Part shown: positions 9,450-17,930 of the stretch, in pieces | How positions within the stretch are numbered: the first letter of the stretch is position 1 | How the letters are laid out: each line of letters starts with the position of its first letter | Assembly: GCA_022566265.1 (NCBI GenBank) | Contig: JADFJG010000001.1 | Span: 63,647-105,228 of the forward strand | From: Pseudomonadota bacterium | GTDB taxonomy: Bacteria > Pseudomonadota > Alphaproteobacteria > SMXQ01 | Direction: 5' to 3' | Length of the DNA: 41,582 bases | Made by a program: the position numbers and the translations under genes | The notes under the pieces: generated by a model | The model's input: only the letters and a program-made list of their open reading frames with translations | What the model was told of the DNA's origin: nothing | The model's database searches: none

Positions 9450-10073
9450 TTACCCGCCGCCGGTGATTTCCAGATATTCGTCGGTCATGCGGCCGAGACC
9501 GTTCTTCAGGAAGGTCTCGCGCATCGAGTGGCCGTTGCCGGCGCTGGCGATCATCTCCTCCTTCGGTGTCGGCTCGCTGACCTCGGGCCAGTGGCCCGGC
9601 TGGGGCCCCGCGCCCTCCGCCGCGATCGCCATCGGCTCGACATCGTCCACCGCCGGGGCTTCCAGAAGCTCCATGCAGTCCCACGACGCTTCGAGCGGGA
9701 TATTGTTGGGATCGAAGAAATAGATCGACCAGATGATGCCGTGATCGACGGCGCCGGTGACCTCGATGCCCGCCGCCTCGAGCTTGTCCTTGAGGCGGAA
9801 CAAATCCTCGCAAGAGCCGACGGTGAAGGAGACGTGATCGAAACCCTGGGGATTATCGGTCGGCGTGCCGTGGGACTTGCGCTCCATCGGCCGGGCCTCG
9901 TCATATTCGAAGAACGCCACCTGGTTGTCGCCGCATTGGAAGAAATAGTGGCGGAAGCCTTGGTGACCGATGCCGGCCACCAGCTCCATGCCCAGCAGGT
10001 CGCGGTAAAAGCGGATGGTCTTCACGAGATCATTGGTGATGAAGGCCAGATGGTTGATGCCCTTGAGAAGCAT
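9450..10073 (-). CDS. VOC (glyoxalase/dioxygenase superfamily) protein
   Basis: ATG at 10073 with GGAGGA RBS; GINHLAF...FYRDLLG, GFDHVSF and SIYFFDPNNIPLE motifs. Confidence 0.88.
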   Translation of the reverse strand: MLLKGINHLAFITNDLVKTIRFYRDLLGMELVAGIGHQGFRHYFFQCGDNQVAFFEYDEARPMERKSHGTPTDNPQGFDHVSFTVGSCEDLFRLKDKLEAAGIEVTGAVDHGIIWSIYFFDPNNIPLEASWDCMELLEAPAVDDVEPMAIAAEGAGPQPGHWPEVSEPTPKEEMIASAGNGHSMRETFLKNGLGRMTDEYLEITGGG

Positions 10074-10274
10074 GGCGTCCTCCCCTTCCCGTGCTGTTGG
10101 CGCTACGGCGATCACCATAGAGCTATGCACGGGTGGGGGTAAGCTCAAGCGGCACGGACGGCGGCCAGGGTTCCGCTGGCTAAGCGGCGCCAATTGTGGC
10201 ATAGGATTTCCCGCCGCCGCCCCGATAGGCCGGGCGCCATGGCGAGACCGAAACACGACGAGCGCCGAGATAGG

Positions 10275-11993
10275 ATGTCCGGGACCGGGACCGAGGCCGA
10301 GGAACGAAGCGGGGATTTCATCCGCGATATCATCCGCGCCGATCTCGATGCGGGGCGCGCCGATGCCGTCGTCACCCGCTTCCCGCCCGAGCCCAACGGC
10401 TATCTCCATATCGGCCACGCCAAGTCGATCTGCCTGAATTTCGCCATCGCCGATGAGTTCGGCGGGCGCTGCCACTTGCGCTTCGATGACACCAACCCGA
10501 CCCGGGAAGAGCACGAGTTCATCGCTTCCATCATCGATGACGTCCGCTGGCTCGGCTTCGACTGGGGCGATCGTCTCTATTTCGCCTCCGATAATTTCGA
10601 GACCCTCTACGGATGGGCCGAACACCTGATTTCAGCGGCCAAGGCCTATGTCGACGATCTCTCCCAGGACGAGATCCGCGACTATCGCGGCACCCTGACC
10701 GAGCCCGGCAGGAACAGCCCGTATCGCGATCGCGCGGTCGATGAGAACCTCGATCTCTTCCGCCGGATGCGCGCCGGCGAGTTCGCGGAAGGCGCCCGGG
10801 TGCTGCGGGTCAAGATCGACATGGCGTCGGGAAACATCAATATGCGCGACCCGGTGATCTACCGCATCCTGCACGCAGAGCACCCGCGGACGGGCAACGA
10901 CTGGTGCATCTACCCGACCTATGACTTCGCCCACGGCCAGTCGGACGCCATCGAAGGGGTGACCCATTCGCTCTGCACGCTTGAGTTCGAGGACCACCGC
11001 CCGCTCTACGATTGGCTGATCGACAATCTGCCGGTGCCCAGCCGCCCCCGGCAATACGAGTTCGCGCGCCTCAACCTGTTTTACACCGTGCTGTCGAAGC
11101 GGATACTCACCGGTCTCGTCGCCCGTGGCCAAGTCGGGGGCTGGGACGATCCACGGATGCCGACGATCTCGGGCCTCAGGCGGCGCGGCGTGCCGGCGGC
11201 GGCGATCCGCGACTTCATCAAGCGCGTCGGCATCTCGAAAAGCGACAATACGGTCGAGGTCGCGCTGCTCGATCACTGCATCCGCGAGGGGCTGAACAAG
11301 ACGGCCGAGCGCCGCCTCGCGGTGCTGCGGCCGCTCAAGGTGGTGATCGAGAATTACGATGAAGGCGCCGGGGAGGAGCTCACCGCCATCAACAACCCCG
11401 AGGACGCCGCCGCCGGCACGCGCACCGTGCCGTTTTCGCGCGAGATCTACATCGAGCGGGACGACTTCATGGAGGACCCGCCGAAGAAGTTCTTCCGCCT
11501 GGCGCCGGGGCGCGAGGTCAGGCTGCGTTACGCCTATTTCATCACCTGTACCGAGGTGATCAAGGACGATGCCGGCGAAGTGACCGAATTGCGCTGCACC
11601 TACGATCCGGCGACGCGCGGCGGCAACGCGCCCGACGGGCGCAAGGTGAGAGGGACCCTCCATTGGGTCTCCGCCGCCCATGGCGTCGAGGCCGAGGTCA
11701 GGCTTTTCGATCATCTCTTCACCCGCCCCGATCCGGGCAAGGAAGGCGACATAGCCGACGATCTCAACGCGGAATCGCTGACCGTGCTCAAGCATTGCCG
11801 GCTGGAACCGGCGCTGGCCGACGCCCGGCCGGGCGAGACCCTGCAGTTCGAGCGCCAGGGCTATTTCTGCCTCGATACGGACTCCTCGCCCGACAAGCTG
11901 GTGTTCAACCGCACCGTCGCGCTTCGCGACAGCTGGGCGAAGATTCAAGGAAAAGGAAAGGGTGGGCGAAGGCCACAGTTCCCATTATCATAG
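10275..11993 (+). CDS. glnS: Glutamine--tRNA ligase
   Basis: [23 protein letters not shown] (HIGH), [13 protein letters not shown] (KMSKS equivalent), [21 protein letters not shown]. Confidence 0.96.
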   Translation: MSGTGTEAEERSGDFIRDIIRADLDAGRADAVVTRFPPEPNGYLHIGHAKSICLNFAIADEFGGRCHLRFDDTNPTREEHEFIASIIDDVRWLGFDWGDRLYFASDNFETLYGWAEHLISAAKAYVDDLSQDEIRDYRGTLTEPGRNSPYRDRAVDENLDLFRRMRAGEFAEGARVLRVKIDMASGNINMRDPVIYRILHAEHPRTGNDWCIYPTYDFAHGQSDAIEGVTHSLCTLEFEDHRPLYDWLIDNLPVPSRPRQYEFARLNLFYTVLSKRILTGLVARGQVGGWDDPRMPTISGLRRRGVPAAAIRDFIKRVGISKSDNTVEVALLDHCIREGLNKTAERRLAVLRPLKVVIENYDEGAGEELTAINNPEDAAAGTRTVPFSREIYIERDDFMEDPPKKFFRLAPGREVRLRYAYFITCTEVIKDDAGEVTELRCTYDPATRGGNAPDGRKVRGTLHWVSAAHGVEAEVRLFDHLFTRPDPGKEGDIADDLNAESLTVLKHCRLEPALADARPGETLQFERQGYFCLDTDSSPDKLVFNRTVALRDSWAKIQGKGKGGRRPQFPLS

Positions 11994-12263
11994 GCGGTGT
12001 GATGTCTGATCGTCGGCTGCGCGCTCGAGCACTTCCACCTGCCTCAGCACGAGCAAGATGGACTCCTCGCTATGAACGCCTCGCTCAAGGACCAGATTAT
12101 TGCTAGTAGGGGGGCGAGGCGCCTCTAGCCACCAGCCTGAGTGCCTAGTTCTCGCTAGGTTGTTGCCAAGCGGTTTGTGCGAAGGTGGCTCGCCAGCACC
12201 TCTCCGACTTGGCTCTCTTATGAACTGAACTGTAGCGTGATGAGTGTCGGTTACGACTACCTA

Positions 12264-14870
12264 ATGCAGATTATTGAGCCCGCCGCATCGAGAGAGCATC
12301 GGCTCTCAGCAATCCGCGGGTTCGCAGAGGAACTCGGTTGGACACCGAGCTATGAAATAGAACTCCCGCTTGGGGTGGATGCGGCGAAAAATCACCTCGT
12401 GGTCGAGCATGGGTTAGAGAATGCAGCCGTTTTATCTTTTCTCGACTTCCCAGCACGGTCTTCTGATCTAGACGGCGACGCTCTTCGTTCGCTTCTTACA
12501 TTGTCATACAATAACCTCGTCGAATGGCATGCTTTTGTTTCAGGCTCCGAGGTCAGATATATTAACAATCTTACCGACCCTCATGTTGACGTCATACAAC
12601 CTATCTCTCGTTCAAACATCACTCCTATTTCCGATGGGTACTTTGATGAGCTGTGGCGCCAACATCGTTACAAACGAAGTATTGTAAGTTGCGACGATTT
12701 ATTGATCCATACAATTTCCCGTTGGAAGAGAATTTTAAAAGCCGACTATCACGGTCTCATCGACAACAAGAACATATCTGCCTTGTTCAATGCGATTATT
12801 TTTGTGCGCGGTTGTGAAGACCACATCGGTACGTACAAAAAGAGAACGACGAAAATATTGCTTGAATTGTTATCGGGGATCAAAACTAGGGAAATTGATC
12901 TTGCTGCAATTATAAACGATTCATTTCAAGCCTTGGAAATATCATATAATATAGAGACTCTCTTAGATTTCGAAAACTTGGCTGTGTTCTCGACCCTTGA
13001 TAAATCGACTGCATATGACTTATTCAAAGATTTTTATAGACCTTCTGTATCTCCATATGAATTCAATTTCGCTTTTATGTCCAAACATGCACTTAGTCGA
13101 ATTTATGAAAAATATGTTTCCGTATTGGAATTCGATGAGAAGAGTGATGGTCAGCTGAGCTTCATTCCAACCGTGCCCGTTGAGCGACCAACAACCAAGA
13201 TTGGTGCAATTTATACACCTCAATTTATTGCAAGTTTTTTTGCTCGGTATGTACGCGACAACATGACCCCTAGGGCATTTCGGAAATTCCGCTCGTTCGA
13301 TCCGGCTTGTGGCTCAGGAATTTTTCTAAGAACATTGCTTGAATTACAATGCGATCCGCTTGTGCCGGATGTAACGCCGCAAACAATCCAGAATAGTTTT
13401 GCTTCGATATATGGAATCGATCGCGATCCAAACGCATGCCATGCTACAAGGCTATCGCTATCTCTCTTACATTTGGTCGCTACAGGGCGTTTACCAGAAC
13501 AAATTAACGTTCAGATCGCAGACGCCGTAGAATTGGCGTTAAAAGATCGGCTTGAACCGCACTCTTTCGACGTGATATTGGCCAATCCCCCGTATATAAA
13601 GCTTGAGCATTTGACTGAAGAAGAAAGAATCATTTATGGACAATATTTGAAGGAAGATGATGTTGGTCGGATCGATTCATATATCGCGTTTACAAAATTG
13701 TGCTTGGAGAAGGTTGAGGAAGGAGGATTTGTATGTTTGGTCTTACCTCAGAGCTTTCTTTTCGCAGATAACACTAGATTTTTAAGACAAAAAGTTTCGC
13801 AACAATTCGATGTGCGGTGCTTAGTTGACCTATCATCCGTACAAGTATTCGAAGATGTAGGAGTATCGAATGTCTTGCTGATTGTACAACGGAAATTACG
13901 CGGCGTAAGTGAGCGGGTTAAGGCGCAAATAGTAAGGTGTCAAGAATTTGTCGGTGCGTCATTACAAGCGTGCTTAAACGGTAAATCAATAGACACGCCA
14001 TATTATAATGTATTTCAGGTTGATCAGGCATGGTTTTCAAGAAAGGAGTGGGTAGTTCTGAGGCCTGATGAAATGCGTTTAACGGAAAGGCTTAACACTT
14101 TCCTGCCACTTTCTCATTTTCTGAACGTGCATCAAGGTGTTATAACGGGAGATGACGAGATATTTATTAGACGCGTTTCTGAAATCCCAACTGGCGATAG
14201 AAAACTATATCAGTCGTATCTGCCTGATCGACAAATCTTTCGGTATAAGCTCCCGTCGAGGTTGGAAGAAACAATTTTCTATCCCTTTCTTGATGGCGTT
14301 GCTCTCAATCATGAATATATAGAAACTAATTTTCCGCAAACCTGGACCTATTTATTGCAACACCAGCAGCGGCTCGAAGCAAGGAGCTCGGTAAGACGCG
14401 GCTATGCGCCTTGGTGGCGCCCGGTTTGGCCTAGGGATCCAAAGCGGATTCTTCGACCAAAGATTGTCTGTCCTCATTTGATGCTTGCACCAAGATTTGC
14501 GGTTGATACGAAAGGGACATTGTTAGTGAGCCGCTCGCCATTTTTGATTTCTAAATCATCTGAGGAAGAAATCACGTTTCTTAAATTTTTCTGTGCGATT
14601 CTAAACTCTACGGTTGTCCAATGGTACATATCGCGTCATTCGTACAAATATAGTAGAGGTTACCATAGAATTGAAGTTAGCTTGCTTAAAAACGTCCCTG
14701 CGCCTAACCCGGCTGCTATAAGTAAACAGTTGATGAACAGGGTTATTAGTTTGGTTGATGATTGCATAGCGTTGGGCCCTACGCCACAGAAGGAAGAGGA
14801 GATTGACAAGATAGTGTCGGATATCTACGAACTTTCAACCGAAGAGAAAAAAATCATCTACGGAGAATAG
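12264..14870 (+). CDS. N6-adenine DNA methyltransferase with type IIG/Eco57I-like architecture (N-terminal nuclease-like domain, MTase, TaqI-C-like specificity domain)
   Basis: GAIYTPQFI (motif X), FDPACGSGIFL (motif I), IYGIDRD, FDVILANPPY (motif IV), C-terminal PKI...FAVD...ILNS segments. Start could be 12177-12264. Confidence 0.88.
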   Translation: MQIIEPAASREHRLSAIRGFAEELGWTPSYEIELPLGVDAAKNHLVVEHGLENAAVLSFLDFPARSSDLDGDALRSLLTLSYNNLVEWHAFVSGSEVRYINNLTDPHVDVIQPISRSNITPISDGYFDELWRQHRYKRSIVSCDDLLIHTISRWKRILKADYHGLIDNKNISALFNAIIFVRGCEDHIGTYKKRTTKILLELLSGIKTREIDLAAIINDSFQALEISYNIETLLDFENLAVFSTLDKSTAYDLFKDFYRPSVSPYEFNFAFMSKHALSRIYEKYVSVLEFDEKSDGQLSFIPTVPVERPTTKIGAIYTPQFIASFFARYVRDNMTPRAFRKFRSFDPACGSGIFLRTLLELQCDPLVPDVTPQTIQNSFASIYGIDRDPNACHATRLSLSLLHLVATGRLPEQINVQIADAVELALKDRLEPHSFDVILANPPYIKLEHLTEEERIIYGQYLKEDDVGRIDSYIAFTKLCLEKVEEGGFVCLVLPQSFLFADNTRFLRQKVSQQFDVRCLVDLSSVQVFEDVGVSNVLLIVQRKLRGVSERVKAQIVRCQEFVGASLQACLNGKSIDTPYYNVFQVDQAWFSRKEWVVLRPDEMRLTERLNTFLPLSHFLNVHQGVITGDDEIFIRRVSEIPTGDRKLYQSYLPDRQIFRYKLPSRLEETIFYPFLDGVALNHEYIETNFPQTWTYLLQHQQRLEARSSVRRGYAPWWRPVWPRDPKRILRPKIVCPHLMLAPRFAVDTKGTLLVSRSPFLISKSSEEEITFLKFFCAILNSTVVQWYISRHSYKYSRGYHRIEVSLLKNVPAPNPAAISKQLMNRVISLVDDCIALGPTPQKEEEIDKIVSDIYELSTEEKKIIYGE

Positions 14871-14878
14871 ATTGAGAT

Positions 14879-15427
14879 ATGATATTGCTCACTTCAGAGA
14901 AAATGAGATCGCGAACACCGGAATTGCAGAATTTATTTTCTGCATTGATAAGGTTTCAGCCAGCCCAGATATTTTTTCGAAGTCACCATACCCAGATTTT
15001 CACTGGGCTTGGCCCCGATATCGTTGGAACCAACTTGAGAGAAGCGCGTCATCCTAGTCGAGTCAGACATGTTTTCATTAATTATTTTGAAGTTTGGAGT
15101 TCGTTGGACGGCGGCAAACGGTATGCGCTGGATCGTGCGTACTTTCACCTTGATATACCTCGTGCTGATGGGACAGGAGATGAAGAACTTTTGGCGCTAC
15201 ATTGTGACCCGAACACTGATCCGTTAGACCCGTCTTATTCCTATAAACGGGGACCACATATGCACTTGGCATTTAAGAGCTATGACTTTCATAAATCTCA
15301 CATCGCACTGTGTATTCAGAATGTTGAACAAACGTGCTCGGACTTCAGAATCTTTTCCAAAGCCTTTTCCGCCCTAATAGATATGATCAATATAGAATTT
15401 CTGGAACGGTTAAAGTCGAACTTATAA
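14879..15427 (+). CDS. Hypothetical 182-aa protein with an HxDP...PHxH motif, tightly linked to the methyltransferase
   Basis: Starts 8 nt after the MTase stop; same AT-rich composition; LLALHCDP...YKRGPHMHL...HKSH. Confidence 0.75.
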   Translation: MILLTSEKMRSRTPELQNLFSALIRFQPAQIFFRSHHTQIFTGLGPDIVGTNLREARHPSRVRHVFINYFEVWSSLDGGKRYALDRAYFHLDIPRADGTGDEELLALHCDPNTDPLDPSYSYKRGPHMHLAFKSYDFHKSHIALCIQNVEQTCSDFRIFSKAFSALIDMINIEFLERLKSNL

Positions 15428-15534
15428 TAGCGGCCGACTCGTCGAGTAACGTAGAATTCATGGCATTCTTTGCATCTGTAGCAACTTGACATCCGGCACC
15501 ACCCCGTAACCATTCTTGGGAGGCAAGGCCGGAG

Positions 15535-16659
15535 ATGACGATACGACCGCCCGCCGAAGTCGGCGATTCCCTCGAAGACGTGGACACGCCGGCCCTTGTC
15601 GTCGATCTCGATAGTCTGGAGCGCAATATCGAACGCATGGCGCGGGCGGTGGCGGATACCGGGGTACGGCTTCGGCCCCACGCCAAGTCCCACAAATGCC
15701 CCGAGATCGCGCTCAAGCAGATCGCCGCCGGCGCCATCGGTATCTGCTGCCAGAAGGTCTCCGAAGCGGAAGCGATGGCGGACGGCGGCATCGACAATAT
15801 CCTGGTCAGCAACGAGGTCGTCGGCCGGCCCAAGCTCGACCGCCTGGCGGCGCTGAGCCGCAAGGCGTGGATCGCCGTCTGCGCCGACGATGCCGGCAAT
15901 ATCGACGAGTTGGCGGCGGCGGCCGGGCGCGCCGATACGGTGTTGAACGTCCTCGTCGAGATCGACGTCGGCGCCGGGCGCTGTGGCGTCGGGCCGGGCG
16001 GGCCGGCGGTGGTTTTGGCCAAGAGGATCGCCGGCCACTCCCGGCTTCGATTCTCTGGGCTGCAGGCCTACCACGGAAGCGCCCAGCATATCCGCGCCCA
16101 TGACGAACGCCGCCGGGCGGTCGAGGGCGCGGCGGAGATGACCCGGAAAACGGTCGCATTGCTCGCCCGGGACGGGCTCGAGTGCGACATCGTCGGCGGC
16201 GCCGGCACCGGCACCTATGCCTTCGAGGCCATGAGCGGCGTCTACAACGAGCTGCAGCCCGGTTCCTACATCTTCATGGATGGGGATTACGGGCGCAATC
16301 TCGGCGCCGACGGCCGGGCATTCGATGAGTTCGGGCAGAGCCTGTTCGTTTTCGCCACGGTCATGTCCCGCCCCACCCCGGACCGGGCGTTGGTCGACGC
16401 CGGGCTCAAGGCCTTCGCCGTCGATTCCGGCCTGCCGACGGTCCATGGCGTCGCCGATGTCGAATGCGTCGGGGCGTCGGACGAACACGGCGTCCTTGCC
16501 ATCACCGGCGACGGCGCGGGCTTTGAGCTCGGCGACAAGGTCCGGCTGGTGCCGGGGCACTGCGACCCGACGGTCAACCTCTACGACTGGCTGGTCGGCA
16601 TCCGCCGGGGCGCGGTCGAGTGCCTGTGGCCGGTGACCGCGCGGGGCGCCGTGCTTTAG
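15535..16659 (+). CDS. DSD1-family PLP-dependent enzyme (D-threonine aldolase / 3-hydroxy-D-aspartate aldolase-like)
   Basis: DTPALVVDLD, LRPHAKSHKC (PLP Lys), GLQAYHGSAQH, GAGTGT, ELQPGSYIFMD, SDEHG, PGHCDPTVNL. Confidence 0.92.
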   Translation: MTIRPPAEVGDSLEDVDTPALVVDLDSLERNIERMARAVADTGVRLRPHAKSHKCPEIALKQIAAGAIGICCQKVSEAEAMADGGIDNILVSNEVVGRPKLDRLAALSRKAWIAVCADDAGNIDELAAAAGRADTVLNVLVEIDVGAGRCGVGPGGPAVVLAKRIAGHSRLRFSGLQAYHGSAQHIRAHDERRRAVEGAAEMTRKTVALLARDGLECDIVGGAGTGTYAFEAMSGVYNELQPGSYIFMDGDYGRNLGADGRAFDEFGQSLFVFATVMSRPTPDRALVDAGLKAFAVDSGLPTVHGVADVECVGASDEHGVLAITGDGAGFELGDKVRLVPGHCDPTVNLYDWLVGIRRGAVECLWPVTARGAVL

Positions 16660-16709
16660 ACAGGGTCGGGCCCCATGGTCCAGAACATTCATCGGCAAGG
16701 ATTGGGGAG

Positions 16710-17228
16710 GTGAGGCCACGCTCCCGCTGTCTGGCCGGCCTGATGATCGCGCTCTCGGGCGCGGCGATGACGCCCGCCGCCGGCGCGGAGCCCGCCGGCA
16801 CGGCCATCGATCATGCGCTGTTCGACGCCAACCACTGCCTGACCGGCATCCGGCCGTCAGGCGAGGAAAGCGCCGTGGAGTTCCACTGGGGTTGCGCCAA
16901 GATGAAGCTCATCACCATCTCCTGCGTCTTCGACCGCGCCGGCTATCTCGGTCTCGGTCCGCGCTTCGCCCGGCCGGGCTGGCACTGCAACCATCCCCTG
17001 CCGGTGCTGGCGGACGAGACCGGCCGGCGCATCAGCGACGTGGCGGTCGGTGACCCCGGCGGCCCGGCGGTCTGGGCGGCCTGCGCCGTCGCCGATTTGG
17101 GCGAATTCGCTTCGCGCCGGAAGCCCTATCACCGGACCGCGTGTTATCGCGCCATGATCGCGATCGGCAAGGCGGTTAACGGCACCGGCCGCGATCCGCA
17201 AATGGTGGCGGACGAGTTGCCGCCATAG
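16710..17228 (+). CDS. Hypothetical secreted Cys-containing protein
   Basis: Signal-like segment LAGLMIALSGAAMTPAAGA; six Cys in the predicted mature part; start uncertain. Confidence 0.55.
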   Translation: MRPRSRCLAGLMIALSGAAMTPAAGAEPAGTAIDHALFDANHCLTGIRPSGEESAVEFHWGCAKMKLITISCVFDRAGYLGLGPRFARPGWHCNHPLPVLADETGRRISDVAVGDPGGPAVWAACAVADLGEFASRRKPYHRTACYRAMIAIGKAVNGTGRDPQMVADELPP

Positions 17229-17229
17229 G

Positions 17230-17560
17230 GTGGCCATGGGGCGGACGGAGGTCACGCCGTTTCCCGACAACCCCTGGCACCGGATACGGAAAGCCGCCGG
17301 CATCGAGGAAGTCCGACCGCACGATCTCCGCCGCGCGGTCGGCTCGTGGCTCACACAAGGCGGGGTCGATCTCAACCGCGTCAAGGACGCCCTGCGCCAC
17401 GCCAACATCGAGACGACGTCGATCTACGCCCCTGGGTGAGGACGCGGCGAAGCCGGTCATGGAGGAACACGCCAAGCGCATCATCGAGGCCGCGGGCAAA
17501 CATAGGCCGGCCGAGGTTGTCGGCCTTGACCGTCAGAAGTCGAACTCGAACTTGACGCGG
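17230..17560 (+). pseudogene. Tyrosine recombinase/integrase C-terminal remnant, frameshifted
   Basis: WHRIRKAAGIEEVRPHDLRR...LRHANIETTSIYA carries the HxxR, H and catalytic Y boxes. A frameshift at ~17431 continues as LGEDAAKPVMEEHAKRII. The N-terminal domains are absent. Confidence 0.85.
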
Positions 17561-17662
17561 CTACGGTCGCTCCCGAACCCGGCGGCGACAGGGCCGATTT
17601 ACCGACCCGCCGGCGCGGCCGTTTATGCGGCGATGCCTGGACAATTCCGCCAAGGCGCCAGA

Positions 17663-17692
17663 TTGACACTCCGCGACAGTGAAGATAACAAT
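17663..17692 (+). promoter_or_regulatory. Candidate sigma70 promoter for the amidohydrolase-MoxR operon
   Basis: TTGACA (17663-17668), 17 nt spacer, TAACAAT; about 240 nt upstream of 17931. Confidence 0.4.
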
Positions 17693-17930
17693 GACCGGGT
17701 GCGTGATGAAAAATAAGCTGGCGCCCATGAACGGGCGGTCGGCGGGATACGAATCCCAGATCTCACGTGGAGGAAACAGGGGGCTCCGGAACGGTACCGA
17801 ATCGAATTGAGAACGCAAATACGCTTCGGCCGCGGCGGGTGACGCCGCGCGCCGGCGCCGCGATTTTCAGGCCTTCGGTTGCCTAAAGCCGTTGGAAAAA
17901 ATTATCAATATCTAGGGAAGGACAATCGAC

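Larger units (their letters stand above)
11950..15520. mobile_element. AT-richer horizontally acquired insert (putative defence islet) between glnS and the DSD1 gene
   Basis: Abrupt change from GC-rich to AT-rich codon usage (judged by eye) starting in the last glnS codons and ending before 15535. Boundaries approximate; no att site, target-site duplication or integrase seen within it. Confidence 0.7.

Noticed and set aside
10074-10625. N-terminal extension of the VOC ORF overlapping glnS antisense
   Set aside because: The VOC fold and a good RBS begin at 10073; the extension is shadow sequence.
11950-15530. att sites or target-site duplication around the AT-rich insert
   Set aside because: Only a short AAGGCC-type similarity at both ends, which is not distinguishable from chance.
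17700-17930. Riboswitch or Fur/Mur-like box in the amidohydrolase leader
   Set aside because: No riboswitch consensus recognised; AATTGAGAACGCAAAT is only a weak half-match to metal-regulator boxes.
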